Origin: the human T2T-CHM13v2.0 reference genome, Homo sapiens
Direction: 5' to 3' (one strand)
NCBI RefSeq assembly: GCF_009914755.1
Contig: NC_060934.1
DNA: 64,000 bases
This document shows, one piece after another, positions 50,700-61,567 of the stretch. The position numbers were made by a program, and so were the translations under genes. Every line of letters begins with the position of its first letter. Position 1 is the first letter of the stretch. The notes beneath the pieces are model-generated. The model was not told the DNA's origin. It saw only the letters and a program-made list of their open reading frames with translations, and ran no database searches.

Positions 50700-50860
50700 T
50701 GTTCTGTGAATAGCACTAGACCAGGATTCAGGATCATTTACCAGCCATGAATAATAGGCAAGTTGCACCCTTCTCAGAGCCTCAGTTTTCTCATCTATAA
50801 AATGGGAGTTGGGTTGTGGTGAACTGTGATATAAGGAAGTGCTTTATCAGTCACAAAGCA
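50700..50860 (+). mobile_element. MIR
   Basis: cagagcctcagttttctcatctataaaatggg. Confidence 0.7.
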
Positions 50861-51016
50861 TGATTTGTCAACCATGCTCCCGGGACATCAAATAAATTCA
50901 GTTGGTCTACCCAGAAATCTGCCTCAGGCTTCCCTAGAAACTCAGGGTTTGGGCCATAGGGCTGTACGTGACAGGGCTTGAGTGTTCTCTTTGAAGTTAA
51001 CCCCAGAAGACACAGG

Positions 51017-51092
51017 CTGCCTTAAAGCTCACCGGTGTCCCTTCACAGGCCAGTGAAGGGACTGCCTTAAAGCTCACCAGTGTCCCTTCACA
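51017..51092. repeat. 31-bp direct repeat x2 with an inverted spacer
   Basis: ctgccttaaagctcacc(g/a)gtgtcccttcaca at 51017-51047 and 51062-51092. Confidence 0.92.
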
Positions 51093-51254
51093 AATTGCTT
51101 TTCATGGTTTTTAAAGTTACTCATGTTTCCCTTCTTCACTGCTCTTTGAGGCAGAGGCTGTTCCTTTTATTTCTCCATGTGCCTCCTTCAAGCTTCGGGG
51201 GCCCATGGTCCCGGGAGGCAGGCAGACCTGGGGCCAAGTACCAGCCCAGTGATG

Positions 51255-51425
51255 CATGTGTTCTGCAGCCTTGAACGCACCATAAACTCTCTGGGCCTCA
51301 GGTTTTTCATCTGTAGAGTGGGAACAATAACCAACAATACTTCACTGGGTCATTGGGCAGACCGAGTGAAATAAGGGTCTTAGCATAGCGTCAGGCACAG
51401 AGTACATACTCTGTAGATGAATAAC
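51255..51425 (+). mobile_element. MIR
   Basis: ctctctgggcctcaggtttttcatctgtagagtggg...cttagcatagcgtcaggcacagag. Confidence 0.7.
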
Positions 51426-51677
51426 AGACAAATTACTATTTGTCCGAATGAGGTCTTGGGTGGAGGTGGAACAGGCCAAACTGTAGAAGAATGGGATCCC
51501 AAGAGTTGGCAAACCACAGGTCGGTGAGGCCTGGGCCACGGGTGAGGGCGTGCGTCCTAGGGACTGAGGCACGGGAGGAGCCCCGAGGCAGGTCTGGTGC
51601 CATTAGTCCAGCATGGGGTTTCTCATCCTTAGCACGATTCACACGTGGACTAGATGAGTCTCTGTGGCAGGAGGCTC

Positions 51678-51818
51678 TGTGCATTGTCTTTTCAGCAGCA
51701 TCCCTGGCCCGTACCCACTACAGACCAGTAGAAACTTCCCAGTCGTGAAATCAAAATGTCTCCAGACATTGTCAACTATCCTCTGGGGAGCCAAATTCCC
51801 CCGAGCTGAGAACCCCTG
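51678..51818 (+). mobile_element. MER20 3' portion (hAT-Charlie)
   Basis: agcagcatccctggcccgtacccacta...caaaatgtctccagacattg...gctgagaacccctg. Confidence 0.85.
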
Positions 51819-52300
51819 CTCCAGCAGGCAGAGTGTAACCAATATCATTAGTCACCCAAGGTCTGAGGGGAGCCCGTGATGCACAGCACCTGTCCTGGCA
51901 GAGATGGGTGGGTCGGGCATGTGGCAGAGCTGGTGGCAGGTGGTCAGCTGCAGGCACCAGGAGGCATGGGTGGGGGCTAGGACCCCAGCTTCTAGGAGCC
52001 CAGCGGTCAAGCAGGGTCAGAAGATGGTTCAGATGACACTGAACTTGGGAGCACCCTGCCACTCTTGATGCCCCCTGTCCAGGACCAGGACTGGATCCAG
52101 CGACTGGGTGGCACCAAGTCCAGGGTCGAGGGGGAGGGGACTTACCTGACCACTTTAGAAGGGGCTGAGGGCCCAGCCGCCCCTTCCACCCCTGAGAACT
52201 TCATGACCTCCAGCCAGGAGAACACAGGCTTTGCAGCAAGAGAGACCAAATTCAAATCCAGGCCCTACCATATGGAAATAAAAGTTAAACAATCAACTTA

Positions 52301-52612
52301 AGCCAGGCATGGTGACTCATGTGTATAATCCCAGCACTTTGGGAGCCCGAGGCAGGCAGATAGCTTGAGCTCAGGAGTTTGAGACCAGCCTGGGCAACAT
52401 AGTGAAACTCCATCCTTACAAAAAATACAGAAATTAGCCAGGTGTGGTGTGTGGTCTCAGCTACTCGGGAGGCTGAGGTGGGAAGATTGCCTGAGCCCAG
52501 GGAGGCTGAGGCTGCAGTGAGCCGTGATTGCACCACTGTACTCCAGCCTGGGCAACGGAGTGAGATACTATCTCAAAAAATAATAATAAATTAAATTAAA
52601 TTAAATTAAAAT
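52301..52612 (+). mobile_element. AluJ with (TAAAT)n tail
   Basis: gcttgagctcaggagtttgagaccagcctgggcaacatag; gaggctgcagtgagccgtgatt. Confidence 0.92.
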
Positions 52613-52629
52613 TTTTTAACCTTAAGAAT

Positions 52630-52855
52630 CAGATGCCATCATCTAAGAGCAAGGTGACCACCTTAGGCAGGTTGCTTAACCTCTAAGCCTCAGGTTCCAA
52701 GTCTATGGAAGGGGTGATAATGCCAACTTCACAAGGTTGTTATAAAGACAAAGTGCGGTGTTATAGTTACCATGCTTAGCACTGTGTCTATGTCTGCCGC
52801 ATAATGAGCACTCAGTAAATGTCGATTGATTGAATGAATGAAGGAATGAAAAAAT
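52630..52855 (+). mobile_element. MIR
   Basis: ttgcttaacctctaagcctcagg...cacaaggttgtt...tgagcactcagtaaatgt. Confidence 0.75.
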
Positions 52856-54389
52856 GAATCCTCCTACAGCAAACCTTTCTCCCTTAAACCCTCATGTTTG
52901 TTTTAGTTCTCATCACTGGAATTTCTCCAGCTTTCTAACATAGGAAACTGTTGGCTTCTCAGCGGGAGGAAATGAGTTATTCATCTCTGTATCATCAGAG
53001 CTTTGCATCAGGCCTGGTAGATAATAAATGCTTAAAAAAATGAAGTTTTCCTTCCTCAGAGGACAATGAGTATACTTTATTCATCTTTAGAGAGCCACAG
53101 CCCAGCACAGTGACTCACACAGTAGGCATTGTTAAGTGTTTGTTGAATGAACGAACATACAAAAAGTGGTTGAAAAAGGGCACGACCCAGAATGCTACCC
53201 CAGAATTCTTCATGGGGGTCCATCCCTATGTGTCCATTTTGGGGAAGCATGGCCGCCTTGCTCGGAAGAGGTGGGTCAAACCCCGGCGGAGAACGGTAGT
53301 GGCCTCAGCAGGAAGCTGAGGCAGTGCGTGACAGACATCAGCAGGGAGGTCTCAGGCAGAATGTCCCCACCCTGGATGGCTGTTGTGACCCTCTCCTGAC
53401 AGCCCTGCTTGCGGGCTGCTTAGCCCACCTGAGGGGGCTGGGACAATCTTCATAGTTCTCCCTGCTGCAAGAAACAGGTTCCTCCTGAGGAAGCAGCAGG
53501 TGCATGGGCGGAGTCCAGGTGTCTTCCTCCTCTCTCAAAATGTGGTAGTACGGGCAGTACCTCAGCAGGATCAGCATGAGATATGGTGTGCTCTGTTAGG
53601 AAGACCCCAGGACCCCAGGATGGGGAGTCAGGAGACTGAATGCCGGTCTCACCGCCATCACCTGCCCACAACATGGCCCTGGATGGTCATGAATCTCCCT
53701 GGGCCTCTCTCTCTCCATCTGTACTGTGGGGACTTGGTAATGCCTTGGAGTGACTCCATCCTTTGGTGCCTGGCCAGGGTAATGGGCACAGCCAAGTGGC
53801 CCACATGGGAGAGCAACTAGTGACATCAAGGCACTGCTAGATTTTGCAAAGCCATCAGCTCCCCAGCATCTTAGAGCTGCCAGGCATTGAACACAGCATC
53901 AGGGGAAGCATCTGCTTGGAAACCCAGGGCTGTCCCAATGCAGGCCTGTTTGATGAAAATTGGCAGGGGCAGGACGGGAGTTGGGTTTTCCAAGGCACCT
54001 GAAGATTTTCCAGTGGGTCTCATGAAGACCATCCCTAACAGGGGAAAAAAGGTGTGTGAGAGAGAAAGTCTTCTTTTATAGCACCTGTATAGCTCTTCCC
54101 CTTCTATGGCACAGCATTAGCTCACAAAGAGGATTTTCCTGTTTCTGAAATCCCTGTAGGGGACAGGTATGGGGAGTGGCAGCCTGGCTGAGCTTGGAAG
54201 AGCCAAATTCCCTTGCATAAGACAAAGGTGCCTGTAAAAGACAGATGAGAGGGTTGAGTCTAGAGAAGGGGGCTGGAGGCTGACCATAACAGGCATCCCA
54301 GGGGCAGGTCTGGAGAGGACTTGGTCTGCAGGCAATTGCAGGGTGGGGGGTAGGTTGCTTTCTGAATGAGAGACAGAGAGAGAGGCACT

Positions 54390-54595
54390 GTAGAGAAGGG
54401 TCCAGAGCTCTACCATTTACTAGCTGCATGGCCCTGGGGAGTCGCTCAACCTTCCCATGCCTCAGTTTCTTCATCCGCAAGGCGGGAATGATAGAACCTA
54501 TTGCATAATGGAAAACCCCTCGAATTGTGCCTGGCACCTAATAAGGACCATAGAGGTGTATGCAGTGACAATGGTGGTGGCAGTGGTGGTGATGT
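54390..54595 (+). mobile_element. MIR
   Basis: ctctaccatttactagctgcatggccctggg...tgcctcagtttcttcatc...gtgcctggcac. Confidence 0.8.
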
Positions 54596-54756
54596 AAAAA
54601 CCCTCAAAATCTTCAGTAGAATTTATATCCTCCAGGGGTGCACCCAGCAAACTGCTCCTCCTGCTACCCAGCTGAGCCTTGAGTCTTGTGCCAGCTACCT
54701 GGCTGCATCTGGTGACACCTATGCAGCCGAGAGTGCTAACAACAGGCCGGGCTGCC

Positions 54757-54816
54757 CTCAGAGCTCCAGTCTGTGTCACTGGGGACATCTCAGAGCTCTA
54801 GCCTGTGTCACTGGGG
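54757..54816. repeat. 28-bp direct repeat x2 (period 32)
   Basis: ctcagagctc(c/t)ag(t/c)ctgtgtcactgggg x2. Confidence 0.88.
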
Positions 54817-55199
54817 GCCTCACCAGAGCCTGCCACAGTGGGAGCCAGGGCCCCGTCAGGCCTGGCAGGCGCAAGGCATCTGCCCTCCATGTGGCTGAAG
54901 CATCCCAAAATTGCCACAGGCTGAATTTTGTCACCAGCCTGCTTCTCATGCAGAGGACATCTCCCCCAGCCAGGAGGCACAGATTTCCCAGCTAAGCTGG
55001 CCCCTCTGGCAGGCTGCGCTCAGGGGATATTTTCAGATTCTGGGTGACATTCCTCTGCCACTCAGCCTAATGGCTCCCAGATGCTCCCCCTGCTCTGTGC
55101 TCCCTCCCGCTTGTTCTGGGCCCTGCATGCAAGGCCCGGGCCTGGGGCTTGCTCACCCAGGCTCTACACCTCTTGACTTTTTCTGTTGCTTTTAATCTA

Positions 55200-56070
55200 A
55201 AACACTGTGTTCCTCCTTAACGTGATGGCTTGACAGAGGCCAGCATGAAAGAGGCTGTTTCCTCCTGGATGGTGACCAGGGCAGAGAAGCCGACAGATAA
55301 AGGAGGAGAGAAGGAAGCCGGCTCTGGGAATGGGAGGAGCACGGGGAAACATAGGAGCCTTTATTGGCCGAGCATAAAAGAAGCAACAGGAGTCGCAGCT
55401 GAGTTAACGTGGCCAGGGCACTAGGGGCCGGGCAGACACACCAGGCCCAGCTGGGAATCACCGGGAGGGTGGGGTTTCGTGGCTCATGTTCCGCAGAAGC
55501 GCCTTTCCTTCCCTATCTTTCTGGGACTGCTTTTCTAAACCTTCCCTCCCGCTCCCCACCCCTATTCCTTTTTTCTCCCCCTCGGAACACTTGAATTTGT
55601 CATTCTTGGCTGTTGCCAGTAATGAGATAGGGCTGCTGCTGCGGCCGTGGGAGGGAGGTGGGGAGTGGACACCAGAAAGAGAAAGGAACAGAGAGAGGCA
55701 TGGAGGAGGGTGGGGCCGGAGCCCGAGAGGGGGCTTTGAGAAAGAGGCTGTGGGTGGCAGACCCTGGAGGGGTGAAGTGCCTAACTCACTGCTAAACAGA
55801 AACCAGGACGGGCCAATGGGCCTCAGGCAGGGTGCACAGTGGCCATCCACGCCCGCCCCTGCCTGCCTGCTGGCCCTCCCTGACGTGCACAGTGAGGACA
55901 CGGGCATGCTAACGGTCCTCATCTCTACGGGATCTGTTATTTCCGCCTTTCTCAGTGTGCCTCGCTGCCCACTGTCCCGTGTTCTGCAAAGCAGCCTTGT
56001 ACACAAGTTCAGGCAGGTCCCGTAGAGCCCGTTTTGTGGGGTGGGAAACTGAGGCAGAAGGGCCACCGGC
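55200..56070. promoter_or_regulatory. CpG-enriched, repeat-free segment upstream of exon 3 with CCAAT, KLF/SP and CRE/HRE-like motifs
   Basis: About 30 CpGs in about 900 bp by hand count; ATTGG 55363, CATAAAAG 55373, CCAAT 55813, CCACGCCCGCCCC 55847, TGACGTG 55881. Confidence 0.4.
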
Positions 56071-56315
56071 AGGTCCCCAGCAGGGCTGAGCCTGGGGCCT
56101 AGACCTCTGGATTTCTCATCCAATTATGAAAATATGGAGATGAAATAAAGGGGGAAGAGATTATATTGGTGAAAGTAGGCCAGGAAAAGACAAACTTCGA
56201 AGACCAGATGGAAACCCCTCCGCTGATGAATCCTTGGACACTGCTTCCAAGGCGGCCTCCCCACCGCCCCCTACAGCAATGACACTGACCCAGGCATTTT
56301 CTCTCTCTCTTTCAG

Positions 56316-56323
56316 GACCTCCT
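56316..56323 (+). CDS. COL13A1: COL13A1 exon 3, 8-nt microexon GACCTCCT (phase 1 to 0), completing the first Gly-Pro-Pro of COL1
   Basis: Branch-point-like CACTGAC 56283-56289, acceptor ttttctctctctctttcag| and donor |gtaagt. G from exon 2 plus GA CCT CCT gives GPP and restores the phase for exon 4. Confidence 0.95.
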
Positions 56324-57523
56324 GTAAGTACTCAAGCCGAGGGTCTCGTGCATCTGAAAGGCCTGTGTCACCTGCTGGTAACGGGGTTCTGGGTGGGGGC
56401 ACTGAAAGCTGGGCCCCTGCTGTCTTGTTGGGGGCCTATGCAGGCTCCTGAGGGGTCCCTCCAGAATGCCTCTTGTGGGGAGGAGGCTACCATTTTGCTT
56501 TTCACCCACTTCTGCACCCCTCCAGGGCAAGACAATGGCTGCCCCCAGGGCAAAGCAGGCCCCAAATTTCAATATGAAAGAGTGGCTTTCCCTCTAATTA
56601 GCTCAGTTCCTTTGTCCCCAAAGAAGCTATTGGAGTCAAAAAAAAAAAAAAAAAAGCACCAGGTATTAGAAGAAAAGAAATCATCTCTCCTCAGTTCTGC
56701 CCCTTGAAAGGTCTCAGAAAACAGGTCATTGAGCTGGCTGCAAGCATGGTCTGCTCCAGGGGACTCACATCCACACCCCTGAGTGGGGCAGCTCCATTCT
56801 GGCCACTTTGGGCAGGTGGTGGTGGTGGCGGCGGCAATGGTTATGTAAGAGAGAGCGGTGTCAGCCGGTTAGACTGGGAGACAGCACATAAATTATAGGC
56901 ATCATGCCGCACTCCTTCCTGGCCTTGCTAGGAAGCCCAGGGTGGGGCAGGGAGTGGAGCCACTTCCAGAGAACCTGAGAAGAGCCCAAGGAGACTGCCT
57001 CCCTCAAGTAATGGATCCAGAGAACAGGAGCACCTGCCTTTGATATCCCAACAAAAGACCAGAGGGCGCTGGGGGAGCTGGAGATAGGAATTGAAAGGGC
57101 CCAGCCCTCGCATCAGATCTTTCTCAAGGTTGCTGAAATCAACCCTATCATCATCCCTTCCTTGGAGAAGTCATTTCCATAGTTGTTTTCCTCTTGATGT
57201 GTACCTGTGGGAGCCGCCTGCTTCATTTTTAGTAAAGGCCATTATCGAAGACTCCATTTGTGCCCTGAAAGGCCCTTGCACCCACACTGAGGATCCCATG
57301 GCCCCTGACACATCACAGTGAGGCAGGACCTGTCATGTCATTACTTGAAAGGAAGGATAATTTATTATGGCACGTTTGGTGTGTCAGATCTTAATTCCTA
57401 TCATCCATCTTCCAAAATAAACTCTGCCATATAGAGCTTTCACCTGTGGGAAATGTGCTGCTTTTCCCTGTCTCATTCTGAGGAAGCCACAAGAGCCCTC
57501 AACTGCCCCCACCCTGCCTTGGG

Positions 57524-57601
57524 GCCTCCTGCGCACACCTCACCCCCAGGGGCAGGATGCTGCAGCCTCCTGCACACACCTCACCCCCAGGGCCAGGATG
57601 C
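57524..57601. repeat. 37-bp direct repeat x2 (period 41)
   Basis: gcctcctgc(g/a)cacacctcacccccaggg(g/c)caggatgc x2. Confidence 0.9.
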
Positions 57602-58109
57602 CAGGACAGCTCTGAGTCCCTGCCTGACTTGAGGGTCCTTTCCTCAGTAGGAATTTTGCATTCTGAGAGCTTGTGCTGGCCCGACCCAGGGACTGTTCCC
57701 AGACCCCTTTGGGTCTGTGCTGAAGGAGCCCATGAGGTGGAGGGGATGAGTCTTCACTCAGTCTCTGCCCACAGAGTGAAGAAGAAAGGCCCAGGTAGCT
57801 TTCCCCACATTCTGAGCCCAGCTCAGAAGAGGAGCCCTGAACCTTTGCCCAGTGCTGGCTGAAACCACAAGGCAGGAGGAGGAGGAAATGGGAAGCTGGC
57901 CAGGGCAGGAATCACCTCCTCAGCCCTGTTATCTCTGCTTCCTGCAAAAGAAGAATGCTGGTGGCCAGAGAGAGGGGCTCTGAGATGCCTGTCTGATGCC
58001 GTCTGGGTGTATCCTGGGGGCTGGCTCTGTCCTCCAACAGGAAGACCCAGATTTCTGCGGGCACAAGGTCGGCCAGTGCCTGAAGAACATAACTGTGCAG
58101 GATGGATTA

Positions 58110-58430
58110 AAGCTGCAGCAGGAACCATTTAGGTGGAAGTAAATTTTCAGCTACCACTGCCCCACCCATCATGCCCCTGGCAGACATTGCTAATCAATTA
58201 GGAGGCTTTTTAACATAATGCATTAGTCAGTTACTCCCAATCCATTGGCATCAGTGCTCAAGCTGACATCTATTGGCCATCCCTGGATTCAATTTAAGGG
58301 AGAATTTCCTAATACTGGGAACTATGAGACTGAAAACAGATGACCAAGGGAAGTAGGGATGTATCTTTCTCTGAAGGAATATAGGGAAATATTTGCCAGC
58401 AGCTGCCAGGCCTTGCTGAATATGATCCTT
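58110..58430 (+). mobile_element. L3/CR1 3' fragment interrupted by a MER112-like hAT piece (about 58140-58285)
   Basis: cagcaggaaccatttagg...agggagaatttcctaa...ccaagggaagtagggatgtatctttctctgaag; insert gcagacattgctaatcaatt...tattggccatccctg. Confidence 0.55.
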
Positions 58431-58481
58431 GCTGAAATAGTAGCTAACACTTACTGTGTGTTAGACACTGTTATGTTTTTA

Positions 58482-58670
58482 TGGAGGCAGTGTAACATAG
58501 TGATTATGAGCATGGGCTCTGGGGCCAGACCAACTGCAATCAAATCCTGGCACTGCCACTTTTTGCTGTGTAACCTTAGCAAGTCACTTAACCTCTCTCT
58601 GCCTCAGTCCCCTCATCTGTAAAATTAGAACAGTAATGGTGTCTGCTTCATATGGATGTTGTAAGGTATA
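58482..58670 (+). mobile_element. MIR
   Basis: gagcatgggctctggggccagac...gcaagtcacttaacctctctctgcctcagtcccctcatctgtaaaat. Confidence 0.88.
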
Positions 58671-58794
58671 TGTGTGTATGTGTGTGTACTGTATATATAT
58701 ATTTTTTTTACTTAGGATATATTAATTCATTTAATCCTAAAAGCATAAGGCTTCCCTAGATGATGCCCAAAGGTGTTTTGCAAACCTTTAATTT

Positions 58795-59107
58795 TTTTTT
58801 CTTTTTTAGAAAAGAAAAGAAAAAACTTTTTTGGGTGAGAGAGTGAGAAGCAGGGTCTCACTCTCTCACCCAGGCTGGGGAGCAGTGGTGCGATCAAAGC
58901 TCACTGAAGCCTCAATCTCATGGGCTCAAGTGGCCCTCCTGCCTCAGCCTCCCAAGTAGCTAGGACTACAGGCGTATGCCCCCACACCTGGCTAATTTTT
59001 TTAATTTTTTTTTTTTTTTTAGAGACGGGGTTTTGCTATATTGCCCAGGCTGGTCATGAACTCCTGACCTCAAGCCATCCTCCTGCCTCAGTCTCCCAAG
59101 TGGCTGG
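58795..59107 (-). mobile_element. AluJ, antisense, slightly 5'-truncated
   Basis: cagggtctcactct...tgggctcaagtgg...ctcaagccatcctcctgcctcag; flanks aaacctttaatttt/aaaccttacatttt. Confidence 0.88.
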
Positions 59108-59164
59108 GTAAACCTTACATTTTAAGGAAGAAATTATGATTTTGTGCATTTTTATTAATGAATT

Positions 59165-59520
59165 TTATTGTTTTATTTATTTCTACCCCATCTCATTCCA
59201 AGAAACATTTTAGGGGGATTGACAAGCTACATAAGGAAACAGAAGGTGAGGGGTGGAGAACAGAGGCAGGAAAGCAAAGGGAATCCGGAGCCATGGCACT
59301 GCAACATCCTGTGCACATGAGCCACACACTTGGCTCTGAGCTTCTCGGTGGTCAGAGCAAAGAGGAAAACAGAGCTTTGGCAAGGGTCGGGCTGCAGTGA
59401 GGTAGGAGCACGCCTGATGCTTGGGCGAAGCACAGTTTTTCCTGAGAATGGGGCCTGAAATAAGTTTCCCTCATGTGTCCTCGTAAGGGTGGCACGATGT
59501 GGATGATGTCGGTTGTAAGG
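59165..59520 (-). mobile_element. Possible L4 (RTE-X) ancient LINE fragment
   Basis: tttatttctaccccatctcattccaagaaacatttt resembles the recalled L4 3' end; weak match. Confidence 0.4.
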
Positions 59521-59801
59521 ACACAGTAAGCAAATTGCCCCTTCTGTTCCTATTCAGAGTAGACCCACTGCATGAGGTTGGACCCTCCTCACCCTGGCGC
59601 GTTCCCTTCCCTGGGATGGGAGGTCACTACCCCACTTCTCAGCCCACTCTGTGACATTAGGGGACAGGAAGTTTAGAAGCAAGAGGAAGAGGGCATTGGT
59701 TGAGCACTAAAGCTCTGGTTTAAGGGACGCAGTGCCTGGGCTGTCCTTGTGGGGGCCTGGGAAAGCAGGAGTGTTGCCAGGTTCCTGGTATCCGCAGGCA
59801 G

Positions 59802-59925
59802 ATTCATTCATTCGTAAATGTGTCTTGAGGATTACTGAGAGGTCCACATTGCTGAGGCACTGGGGACACATTCGTGAATGAAACAGGAAAGTCCCTACCT
59901 CAGGAGCTCACATTTTAGTGCTATG
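59802..59925 (-). mobile_element. L2 3' tail fragment
   Basis: attcattcattc...ggcactggggacac...gtccctacctcaggagctcacattttagtg. Confidence 0.75.
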
Positions 59926-60289
59926 GGGCAAAACCAACAACACGGCGGGATGGCAACTAGTCCTGTCCCCATGAACGCTGTAGCCCCACATTCCCCAAGG
60001 ACTCCCCACCGACTGGTGGGTGTCACTGCACCACCATTGACGGGATGTCCTCAGGAACAAACGTTAGAAGGGTTGACTTACTCCTGGTGCTGCCTGAACT
60101 TTTCTCAGCAGCCCTGCAGGGATGGACTTGTCTCCCAGGGAACACCCCAAGACCTACTCCTGGTTCTGCCTTTGGTTTATGGGAACAGTGGGATGTCTGG
60201 AAGGAGAGAAACTGTATGTGACAGCAGGGTCTCTGGAGGGAGAAACCAAGGCCAGCCCCATGCCCGTCTCTGGCCAGTCCTCCTCTCTT

Positions 60290-60525
60290 CTAATAATCAT
60301 AGTAATAGCTGCATTTATTTAGGATTTGCTATATGCCAGCCGCTGTGCTCAGTGCTTTACATACATTCTCTCATTTGATCCTAACAGATAGGTAATGATT
60401 ATTCTTCCATTTTCAAGATGAAAACACTGAGGCACAGAGAGACCAAGATACTTGCTAAAGGTTACCCAAGTAGTAAGTGGCAGAGCCAAGAGGTGAACAC
60501 AGGTGGGCTTTCTTCAGAGCCAGAA
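60290..60525 (-). mobile_element. MIR
   Basis: ctctcatttgatcctaac...ccattttcaagatgaaaacactgaggcacagagagacc...agtaagtggcagagcc. Confidence 0.88.
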
Positions 60526-60700
60526 CTGGAAGGAAGCTTTATAAGCCTTAGCGATCAAGGCTCCCCCTTCGTTTTGTTCATAAAATAACAAAGGCTTACC
60601 CAAGTGGCATGCCAAGGTCACACAGCTGGTTGAGACAGTGTTCAACAGTTAGGTGTTACGATACCTGCCTGACCTACGTAAACGTCACTCTTCATTTCAG

Positions 60701-60727
60701 GGTCCCACTGGAAGACCCGGACTCCCA
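60701..60727 (+). CDS. COL13A1: COL13A1 exon 4 (27 nt, phase 0/0): GPTGRPGLP
   Basis: Acceptor cactcttcatttcag|GGT and donor CCA|gtaagt; three perfect Gly-X-Y triplets. Confidence 0.96.
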
Positions 60728-61541
60728 GTAAGTCACTTTTGTTTCTTCTTTCCTTTGCATCTCTTTTACGTGCTTTTCTCAGTCTGAGGACTGGCTAGGT
60801 TGGGTGGCTGGTTTTTCTCCAGGTGTATCTGGGTGACAGGCCACTCTCCAGAGTCCCTGATCTATAGCTTAGGGTGAAGTCACCTCAGCTCCTTCCTCCT
60901 TTGAGATCTAGAGAGGACCCTGCTGGGGCATCTTTAGCTACAGCCCTTGGTGTGCCTTTGCCCCAGGCAGACAAATTACAGCATGCAGATCCTTCCAAAG
61001 CTGCAGCTGACTTCCAGACTGATGACCCTACCATGAGCAGCTGCAGGGATGGGCAGCCCACTGGCACACTGACTATCCCCCTGCATACCAGCTGACATTC
61101 AAACCACTGTTCCTCCTATGCCTGCTGATAAGAGAGCGGACTCAAAAACTTTGTTTTCTCTCAATTACCATGTCCCAATTCTAGAGAGGCTGTGCCAAGT
61201 AACCATGGGGACTCTGGGACAAAAAAGATAGCCATCTCTTATTGAAACCGTAAGAAGAGCCAGGTACTGCATTTATCATGTTTCACACATTCAGCTTGTT
61301 CAATACCTCAGTGAAATGGGTATGATTATAAACCTGTTTTATACATGAGAGTCAGGAAGGTAAAATAGTTTGTCCATCTGTCCAAGCTTCAGGTGGGGAC
61401 CTGTTAGAGGCCCGTATCATCACACACCATTCCATACTGCTGTTGCTTGTGGTCTGTGCTCCACCTTCAAAACCCACCTTTAAAGTCTTTTAAGACTTTG
61501 CTCTGTGGAGTCTAGCCTGGGGCATGGATGAGTTGAGTAGT

Positions 61542-61567
61542 GGGTATGTGTACCGGGTATGTGTACC
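61542..61567. repeat. Perfect 13-bp tandem duplication
   Basis: gggtatgtgtacc x2. Confidence 0.9.

Noticed and set aside
51017-51092. CRISPR-like repeat-spacer-repeat (also 43940-44007, 54757-54816, 57524-57601)
   Set aside because: Only two copies each, spacers of 4-14 nt, no cas genes, human intronic context; these are local duplications.
55200-56070. Bona fide CpG island
   Set aside because: A rough hand estimate of CpG observed/expected is about 0.4, below the usual 0.6 threshold; kept only as a CpG-enriched segment.
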